A stretch of 64,000 bases of DNA from Paraspadella gotoi (taxonomy: Eukaryota; Animalia; Chaetognatha), in contig CM119269.1 of the NCBI GenBank assembly GCA_051294375.1, positions 13,932,552 to 13,996,551 of the forward strand, in the 5' to 3' direction. Shown here piece by piece: positions 53,901-64,000 of the stretch. The position numbers and the translations under genes are program-made. The notes under the pieces are model-generated. The model saw only the letters and a program-made list of their open reading frames with translations. It was not told where the DNA came from and made no database searches. Every line of letters begins with the position of its first letter. Within the stretch, counting starts at the first letter, position 1.

Positions 53901-54058
53901 TACTTAAATTAAATCATTTATTATTTTATGTTAATATCTACATATATGTGTTTTTTATTATGACTGCCTCTTTACTGGTTCTTCCTTTTCTTACTCCTCT
54001 CTCTCTCTCTCCTCTCCTCTCATGCTTCCTCTTCTCTCCTCTCTCTCTCTCTTCCCTC

Positions 54059-54106
<48 letters not shown>

Positions 54107-57100
54107 CCATCGCACCCTCCCCCCCGCACGATTTCACGTTGACTTACCAAAACCTCCTCCATCGCTTTGTGTCCACCTTCTGCCGTCGGAGGTGTTTGGG
54201 CCCCGCGTTTTCAACCTTCTGCATCGCTGCCCTCGCCCCCTTTTTATGTCTCTCTCTCTCTCATTCTCCGCCTCTCCTCTTCGTCGCTCTCTCTCTCTCG
54301 CTCTCTCTCTCTCTCTACTCTCTCTCTCTCTCTCTTCTTCTTTATATTCGGGATGTTTTTGAAGTTAGTACATGCATTTCCCTCTATCCTTTTTCCTTTT
54401 CCCCTTTTTCTCTCTCATTCCTTCCTTCCTTAATACCTTCCTTTCTTTTTTTTTTCCCACCCATTTTTAACACCTCACCCAAATCCCGACTCTCGAAACT
54501 TCTTCCTTCCCAAATCCGATTACATCTTCGTCGTTAACTTAGTTCCCGTTTTACTTTTAGCCTCGACTCTGATTGGTCCGTCGGCCGAGGAAGATTGACC
54601 AATCGAGTTGAATGCTGTCAAAGTCTAAACGTTCATTTTATATTTATTTCGTAATCAGAAAAGGTTTTGATAAAGTTTTACACAGAGTTTTCATTATTGG
54701 ATTTGTCTTTTGTTTTTCACAAAAAACATTTTGAATTTACATTTAGAATTTTTTTTATTGTGAATTTGCATATAATTGTTTTTTTCACGAGTATTACAAT
54801 GATTATCCATTTCTTCGCAGGCAATTTAAGTACTACAAACACTTAAGAATGAAAAGTACGTATTCATGAAAGGCACGTCACCTGCCTAAAACTAAAATAT
54901 CTCACTATCAAACATATCTCACTGTCAGACAAACATACAGACAGACAAATAGACAGACAGACAGATAGATAGACGTAGACAGGAAAACTGACCAACAGAC
55001 AGAGAGACAGACAGACAGACGCAGTCAGAGCGTCAGACAGATAGCGAGTACTCGCGGCGCTTCTTAAAATCCGTAATAAAACCAAATTTGATCGTCGTCC
55101 TTTTTTTGTGAGGAACCAAAGTCGAATCGTGTCGGTTTACCCGACAAAATCCATGTTTACGTTCGGCCGACGCGTCTCCATATGGAGGCTTTTAAGGCGA
55201 CGACGTCGGCCACGCGACCTTTCCGCGTTTTAGGTGTCGTCGTCGTCGTCGTCGTCGTCGATGACAGAATTACAAAAAGGGTCGTCTTAAATTCTGATAC
55301 CTCAATCGAAAAATATTTACTAACATCTCTCTAACAATTATTATTTTGCTATCTTATTACCAATATTTTCATATTTTTGCCAATGGCGGAATTGTCTTAG
55401 ACGGCTGCTCTTTTTAAAAAATCCGATGCCACAATAAATCTTTTTTCTCGTAAAGACAAATCTGCTTTTTGAGGAAAACAACGTTAAGGTCGGCGACTAC
55501 GACGACGAAGACGACGACGACGACGATAATGTCAACGACGACGAAGACGACGACGCCGTTTCTTTACGAGTTCGGGATCAAAATCTTCTGATTAAACGGA
55601 AAATCCTGAGTCCATTCTGAGAGGATTTAGATTTATTGCTCTCGAGTAAAATAGCGCCACCTACCAAAAGAGAAAAGCGCATTTCGTAATACATATAATT
55701 ATATATATACATTTATATATACATATATTTTTTGTACAGCATTTTAGCCTCGCCCGCTTAAACCTCAATCTCAATACTGTTCAAGGAAAAAGGAAAATCG
55801 GATCCCAAAATCAGAAGAAAAAAAAGTGTAAAAAAGTTAAGAAAAAGCAGAAAACTCTCGTGGTTGAATGTTTTCGGGTTCGATTCCTGCCTCCGTAGGA
55901 AACGATGAGTTTCTCCGCAAGTTTGACTAAATTGTGCTGAAAGTTAAGAGTTCGAGCCTTTCAAACGACGCTAGTATTCGTGATGAGCTTTAGATAACTG
56001 TATGGTATTAGTTGAGCAGGTCAAGAAAATGACGATTATAATATCCAGTATGAAGACAACAAGAACAACCACTGCGGCGGCGGAGGTGGCGGCAGCGGCG
56101 GAGGCGGCGGCGGTGGCGGCGGCAGCGACGTTTCCGGCGGTGGCGGTGGCGGCGGAGTCTGCGGCGATGGAGGAGGGAGTTGCGGCGAAGCGAGGAAAAG
56201 CTTTTAGCAAAGAGACTTTGAAGGCAACAGATGCATTCCATTCGTGATAAAACCGAGGGGAGGAAAAGGGAGGAAAAGAGAGAAAAGGAGAGAAGAAAGG
56301 GAGGAAAGGGAGGAAAGGAAAGGGAGAGGAAGGAAAGAAAGGGAAGAAAAAGGAGACTAAGAAAAGAAAGAAAAGGAAATGGGTGATTTAGGAAAGGAAA
56401 AAAAAAGGAAAGAAAAGGAAGAGAGGAAGGTAAGGGTTGAAATGGAAGAAAATGGAAGAAAAATGGAAAAGGGAGGAAAGGAGAGATGGAGGAATGGAAG
56501 GAATTAAAAAAAAGTTGTATGAAAAAGGAGAAGAAAGGATTTTTGAGGATTTTTAGTTTTAACCAAGAGAGGAGGAGACGAGAGGATGAGAGAGAGAAGA
56601 GAGAAGAGAGAGAGAGGGGAGAGAGAGAGTCTTAAAAAATGGATTAAAGAAAAACCAGTGAATAAAAAAAATAAAATAAATAGCTGGGAATATCAAGAAA
56701 AAAAGTTCTTTTATGCCCAAATCCGTCAAGAAAATCTCTCATCTCTCTCTACTCTCTCTCTATCTCTCTCTCTCTCTCTCTCTCTCATCCACACACACTC
56801 CCATCCTCCATCCCCCGCGTTTCTCACAACTTTGTGCGGTAGATTTTATCACAGGCAATCAACGCTGGTTCTCTCTCTAAAGGGTTTTTAACAACGAAAT
56901 CGACAACGTCGAGCCCCAGAACAACGAAACTCCCTCTCGCCCGCCCCCCTCCTTTTTTTTTTTTTTTTTTCTGAAATAAAAAAACAATTGACAATTAAGA
57001 CAATAAGAAATTAACGATTAAACGATGAGTATTGAGCAAAGAAATTGCACTAATGGCAACAAAAAATTAAAATTCAAACAATTAAGGATCATTGCGGAAT

Positions 57101-58887
57101 AACTTTTCGGTCCGTATGTCTCTCTCTCTGTCTATCCGTGTTTCACTAACATTAACTTTACAAGTAGATAGGAGGTGAACCAAGAATAGTCACGTGATCG
57201 CCACGAAATACGATCGCCAGAAAATGAGTCTAGAAATAATAGATTTTTTCTTAATATTTAGATTTTTAAAATATATAATATGCAAATGGGACTAAAACGA
57301 GGTTTCCTCAAAAAACAAATGACCATTCCTGAATTCAATACGTTCAATCCTGCTGCGTTCTTTCTTAAGAAAGACCATCCAACCTTTCCTTTCGACACTT
57401 TTCTTTTCTCTACACACGCCGCAATCACACTCCACTTCCTCCTCCTCCTCCTCCTCTTCCTCTTCCTCCTACCCCTTCCTCCCTTCTCCACCGAGTGATC
57501 CTTAACCCTTTGCAAGTAGGAGGCAACCACCGGGCTTTCACAGTAGTGAGTACCCTCCAGTCGCGGTACGTAGGTCTTCCTAGAATCGTTCAGTATCTTT
57601 TTTTTTTCAGTTTTTCTTTTTTTTTTACCTTTTTTATTCCCTATTTTTCTTTGCCTTCTTCGACTTCCCTTAATCCCCCTCACTTTCTTTCCTTTTTTTT
57701 GTGAATCTCACTTATCTTTTTATTCTTTCTCTCCTTCTCTTCATTCCTTTTATTTCATCCTTCTTTCTTTTCCCTTTTCCCTTTTCTCTTTCTCTTCTTT
57801 CTTTTATTCTTTCTCTCTTTTATTTTTCCTTTTCTCCTTCTCTTCTTTCTTTTATTCTTTCTCTCCTTCCACGTCATCATCCTATTTTTTATCTTCTACT
57901 TTTTCTTCTTCTCTTATCAAAAGATTCTTTTGTTTACTTCCTCCACCAGAAAAAAAAAACTCGCAATCTTTAATCTAAGTTTTAGGTAGCGAGGCGACGC
58001 CGAAGCAAAAACAGAGAGAAAGACAGAAAGAAAAAAAGAAAGACGAGGAGAAAGCTTAAAAAGAATGAAAGACAGAAAAAAAGAGAAGGAAAAAAAGAGG
58101 GTAAGAGAGAAAGAACGAAAAAAGGAAATAAATAAAAAAAATAAAGAAACAAAAAAAATAAAGAGGAAAAAGGAAAGAAAAAAAAGATAGAAAAAAAATA
58201 AAGAAAAAAGAAAGATAGAAAAAAATTAAAAAAGAAAGAAAGAAAGAAAGATAGAAAAAAAAAAGAAAGAAAGAAAGAAAGAAAGAAAAAAAGAGAGAAA
58301 GAAAGAAAGATAAAGAAACCTACAAAAATGAATATAATCGAGACTTAAACTATAACCGAGATATATAACTACCGAGGTTCTAACGCAAACAACACTCGAC
58401 CAAAATACTTTGGATTTTTTCTTCTTTTTCGAATTTTGAGTTAAACCGGGACTTTGAAAATACAAGGGGATCGATAACGGGGAGAAATACAAATATAACC
58501 GCAAAAGAAAAAAGAAAAAAAATTGTTCGACAATTCAAAAAAATTTTCTGTAAATTTAAAAAAATATAAAAACCAGAAGTTGAGGAAGATTTCGCTCGAT
58601 TTGTCCAAGAACACAAAACGTATTTGTTAACGTTTTACCGTTGTTGTCGTCAACGTCATCCGAAAAACAAAATGACATCGAGCCTCTGAGTACAAAAGAA
58701 GCGACGAAAAGAAAAGTAAACAAACGAACAAAAGTCACTCGACGACGACGACGACGACGACGACGACAATGACAACTCGAGCCTCGACGCAAACATGCAA
58801 ATGAAGTCTAATCAATGGAATCATGTAAATGAAGAAGAGATAGTTGCCGACTCCTCTCTCTCTATCACTCCGTCGATGAAGTGGGCG

Positions 58888-58949
<62 letters not shown>

Positions 58950-61900
58950 TTATCGTAGGGAAATCGTTTTTGAAATACCGCAATAGAATTTTCAGCAGTT
59001 TTGAGTTTTTGCCAAAACGACAACGACAACAACGACAACAACGACAACAACGACAACAACCAACTCGTTTTCGAGTGAAATCACCGCTGCCTTTTCTCTC
59101 TTCATTGTCTCATTGAGTTTTTTCATTAATTTCTTTTCATTATTTAGCGATTTAATCCTATAATTTACGAACGCTTTTCTTTTTTGTTTTCAGCGCGTGC
59201 CTTAATTGACAACGGAGTCGACGAGTTTCCTAATCTTTCCTATTATTCGTTCTCCCCGCAACAGAATAATAAAGAGATATGTGTATTTTAAAAACATCAC
59301 TGCTGGCACACTGACTTATGAAATTCGTACAATTGATTTATAAAAAGTCAAGTTAAGCTAAGTGACCTTCTCTTACAAGATATTAATCTTACGAGACTGT
59401 TTTCTAAAATATTTATACTTCTACAGTTCTCCTTTAATTGAATATTAAATTTTAATACTTTTTAAAACTCCATCCTTTGCTTCGTCTCTATCACTTCTTC
59501 TTTCTAATCTTTCTTCTCTCTTTCCCAATCCTAATTTTTCTCTTCCTCCCTCACTCCTTCTCCTTANNNNNNNNNNNNNNNNNNNNNNNNNNNNNNNNNN
59601 NNNNNNNNNNNNNNNNNNNNNNNNNNNNNNNNNNNNNNNNNNNNNNNNNNNNNNNNNNNNNNNNNNNNNNNNNNNNNNNNNNNNNNNNNNNNNNNNNNNN
59701 NNNNNNNNNNNNNNNNNNNNNNNNNNNNNNNNNNNNNNNNNNNNNNNNNNNNNNNNNNNNNNNNNNNNNNNNNNNNNNNNNNNNNNNNNNNNNNNNNNNN
59801 NTTTTTTTTTAATCTGATGAATTTTTCACTAAAAACTTCACTCGGTTTTCATCTTTGAATTCGTTGCAGTTTTAATGAGTTAAAGGATTAAATGCAAAGA
59901 GGAAAAGAAGAAAAAAAAATTTTTTTTAAAGTTGAAAGGAAAAAAAAGTACTTTTTTGTCTTTTAAGCCAACGTCTTTGTTTTAATTTTTAAGTTTTTAC
60001 GTATCAAGGTTTCAAATGTCACAAAATTTTAACACTTAACTTAAAACTTGAAGCTTGTAGTGCTTTAATTATGAAATAAAACAATTATCTACAAATTATC
60101 ATCAATTAATAGGATACTTGGCTTCTTTATATTTATATCTTACGCAAGGGCCCCAAAGAGTAGTCAAACTTTGCCACAAAGTTCAAAGTGACTCTCGACG
60201 TCAGCCACAACAACCGCAGCAGCGAAAACAGTAGCAGCTGTAGGAGTACTTACAGCAGCAGCAGCCCCGTCCTCCGCAACTACCTTCCTACAATATGCAG
60301 GAGAGTTTTTGACCTCGCGTGTCGCGCGACCTACTTTTTAGATTATCGTCGATCCACTCTCGATATCACAAGTCACTCACTCTCTCTCTATCAGACTCTC
60401 TCACTTTTTCTCTTTTTTTTCCTTTCTCGTATCTTTCTCCTTTTTCCTTTCTTTTCTTATCTCCTCTTTTCCTTTCTTTTCTTATCTCCTCTTTTCCTCT
60501 CTTTCACTTTTCTCTTCATTTCCTTTCCTTTTTTCTTTCAGTATCTTCCATTCCTCCGTCTTTTCCCCTTTTCCCCTTTTCCCCTTTTCACCATTTTCCC
60601 TTTTCCCCTTTTCTCCTTTTCCTTTTTTCCCTTTTCCCATTTTCCCTTTTTCCCCTTTTCCCTTTTCNNNNNNNNNNNNNNNNNNNNNNNNNNNNNNNNN
60701 NNNNNNNNNNNNNNNNNNNNNNNNNNNNNNNNNNNNNNNNNNNNNNNNNNNNNNNNNNNNNNNNNNNNNNNNNNNNNNNNNNNNNNNNNNNNNNNNNNNN
60801 NNNNNNNNNNNNNNNNNNNNNNNNNNNNNNNNNNNNNNNNNNNNNNNNNNNNNNNNNNNNNNNNNNNNNNNNNNNNNNNNNNNNNNNNNNNNNNNNNNNN
60901 NNNNNNNNNNNNNNNNNNNNNNNNNNNNNNNNNNNNNNNNNNNNNNNNNNNNNNNNNNNNNNNNNNNNNNNNNNNNNNNNNNNNNNNNNNNNNNNNNNNN
61001 NNNNNNNNNNNNNNNNNNNNNNNNNNNNNNNNNNNNNNNNNNNNNNNNNNNNNNNNNNNNNNNNNNNNNNNNNNNNNNNNNNNNNNNCTCCCGCCTTTTC
61101 CACTCGTCACCTCGTCCTCCACAATCCCTTCTACATCCCACACGCAGCCCATCCCCCCTTCCCGACCCCTCACTCTCGTCCGTGCTCAATCGACGACTCA
61201 GTTCATCTCGGATTCCCCTTCCTAATATTCTCTATCGTGGAAGAATCAGTAGAGGCCTCCTAAGAAGTCCAGAAGGTCCCGCGTTCTAGTCTCGACGAAG
61301 ATCGTTTCTCTATCTTACGCTTTATATTTTATCTTATAATAATTGTATAAAACTCTGTCGTATTTTTATTCCTACCCTACCCTACCTTACCTTCCAACTC
61401 ACAGGCTTCCTACCTTTTTCCTGGCCTCATCTTCTCTCCTTATCTTCCTTACCCTTTCTCCCTCCGACTTCCCAAGTTTTTCTTTTTGCGGCTCCTGTTG
61501 ATTTTCTCCGATTCCTTTTTTTGAATTTTTTATGTGCGACTCTCTCTCTCTCTCTCNNNNNNNNNNNNNNNNNNNNNNNNNAGTAGAGATAAGGCTTCCA
61601 ACTCACTATGTCTTCCTACCATTTAACATAGACACGTACATTAATATATATAACATATATATCCATATATATATATACACCGCTTATTCTCCAGCTCCGA
61701 CTTATCCACCTATTTCATATATACATATATTATCGGAGCAGACACGGACTACTATAAATTGATATATATATCATATAATCAAACGCATTCCAATATATTT
61801 TAGATTATTAATATAGAGTGCGACTCTGCTCTGCATAATCCATCATCTCATATAAATATCTAATCAAAAATCACATATACCTATCTTAATTCATCAAATC

Positions 61901-62226
61901 ATAACTCTCTACATCATAAAATCATCTCATCCTTTGCGCCACATGGCCGGACTATTCCGTCTGCTATGAATATCAGAATATATATCAGATCACACACATA
62001 AAATGAATATATAAATCATATTATACCATATCACCAATATTTTAATATTACATTCAACTTTGTTTCTCTATTTTTTATTTTTTTTTTTTTTTTGACGGAA
62101 ACTGCTGTACGGCGCATCGACCAGCGCAATATTTTTAAAGGCACGCCGGACATTTAGCATGTCTGTTGTCTTATCTCCGTTGAGTGTGAAAAGCTAATTT
62201 TCATTTATCGTTTTTGATATTAGGAA

Positions 62227-62318
<92 letters not shown>

Positions 62319-63857
62319 AAGAAAGACCCGTTTATAATCCCTATATATATCCTCATGAGAAATTAATCCGTCTCTCCCTGCCTCCCTCCACCCTCTCCAC
62401 CAATTAGTCACATTGTCATCAATTAATCGGCGCCGATCTTTTTCCTTCCCATTTTTTATTCCATCGAAGAGGAAAACCCTAGAATGATTCAATGAGAGAA
62501 GGAAGAGGAAGAGGAACTGGATCGTGCTCCTTCAAGCGGAGAGAGAAGAGGAAAGAATTTTTCAAAGAGCAGCTTTATTTTCCTTTTATTTTCCTTTTTT
62601 TATCTTTCTTTTTTTTTTCCTTTTTTTTCAAAGGAAAATTTTCTGGTAAAACACGCGAGTTGTCGGACCTATCGGTTGAGGCTGGGATGTTTTCCTTTTT
62701 TGATAGGGAAAAGTTTTGACGGGGCTGGTTGGTCATTTGAAGGAAAGCGTGGGATTGGATTGGGTGACTTTAGACGTCAACTCTATTATCATATTTTTAA
62801 TTTATTATATATTGTTTTTATATTTTTACATATATTTTAAATTTTTATATTTTGATATTTCATATTTTGATATTTATATTTTATTTAATTCATTTTAATC
62901 GGAGAATATTTTTAGAAATATTTTTTTATTTTTAGTAATAGTTTAGTTTGAGTGGAAAAGGTTTAGTGGGTGAGTCGACGCGTCGACGGGTCGTGGTCAA
63001 GGATGACCGAATCGTGATTTGGCCGGTCGGTCGTCGGTGACTCGAAACTGACGCTCGGTGGTCACGCGACGTCACAATGACGACGACGACAACGACGACG
63101 ACGACGACGGATCGTTAATTTTTATGTCTAACTACAAAACTTTCAATTCAATCGCCAATAGCGTTAAATCTACTTACTATATATACAAATTTCATGAGGC
63201 AACAATTTTGATTACGATTTTAAATTAAACGTGATAACTATAACGTGATTGATTGATTGATTGATTGATTAATATAACGTGATTGATAACCCAAGCAAAG
63301 CTTTTCTTCTCGTCACGCGAAAATCTCGTTACCGAGAAATAAAGTCCCGTTCACGTCGTCGTCGTCGTTGTTGTTGTTGTTGTCGTTGTCGTTAACGGCG
63401 ATTTCGTCTTTCGGGAAAAAAATGCGGAGGTTGAGTCATGAATTTGGATCCACATTAATTTGGAGCAATCGAGAAACGTTGGCATCATTTTGATCAAAAC
63501 AGTCGACGTCGTTTCTTTTTCTGTTTTATTAATTAAGCATTAATTGTTGGTTTTTTTTAAATGTCTCTTGACTCCATAGACCAATCAAATTCCATATTTC
63601 AACGATCCGGAATCAGCTTCTCCTCCAATCACCGCTCAGTCATCACTAACGAGCGCTATCACTCACTTTCTTTGTCTAAACGAGTCGCACGGGGTAGAAA
63701 AAAGAAATTCGACCATTAAAGGCTTAAGCAATACCGAAATACCACTGGCCAATGAAGAGCCTTCAATTCGCGTTCAATTCCGCCAATCCCAATCGACGTT
63801 GGGCGCCGGATTGAACGGGAATCACGTGACCTTTCGACGCCGCAAATATTGACGGTC

Positions 63858-63897
<40 letters not shown>

Positions 63898-64000
63898 AAA
63901 CGACGAAACTTTGGGAGAAGAGAAAAAAAATGTTTGCGTTTCGCATTAGATGAAGGGTGGAACCAGTGGGGAGCGAGGGGGCGGGGTTGGAACTTAGGAG

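Noticed and set aside
55860-55900. tRNA gene suggested by GGTTCGATTCC (similar motifs at 18847 and 26052)
   Set aside because: Only a B-box/T-loop is present; no acceptor stem or anticodon arm can be built.
55971-56247. Ala-rich ORFs on both strands
   Set aside because: Degenerate (GCG)n tract with no domain similarity or clear splice sites.

Overview
Eukaryotic (animal, probably invertebrate) genomic DNA from a gappy, indel-prone assembly. It has short AT-rich GT-AG introns, GC/CpG-rich exons and dense (AG)n, (GTC)n, (GGTC)n and (GGC)n microsatellites. The six genes I could reconstruct by hand all lie on the minus strand between about 21.2 and 43.1 kb. Four form a tandem cluster of related zona pellucida (ZP)-module genes: (F) membrane-anchored SP-ZP-furin site-sushi-EGF-SEA-EGF-TM; (E) secreted ZP-only; (C, D) two paralogues in which an F5/8C (discoidin-like) domain plus a C-type lectin domain appear to be inserted inside the ZP-N domain. 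Two tandem acid-lipase (LIPA/LIPF-family) genes follow. Other features are a ~4.2-kb tandem duplication of the 5' half of gene F, a ~1.4-kb duplication of the 3' end of lipase 2, an ~8-kb noisy inverted repeat at the window start (possibly an artefact) and several small interspersed repeats. I found no recognisable genes in 1-19 kb or 50-64 kb. Most ORFs in the supplied track are microsatellite or N-gap artefacts. All alignments were done by eye, and domain names come from motif recognition, not database searches.
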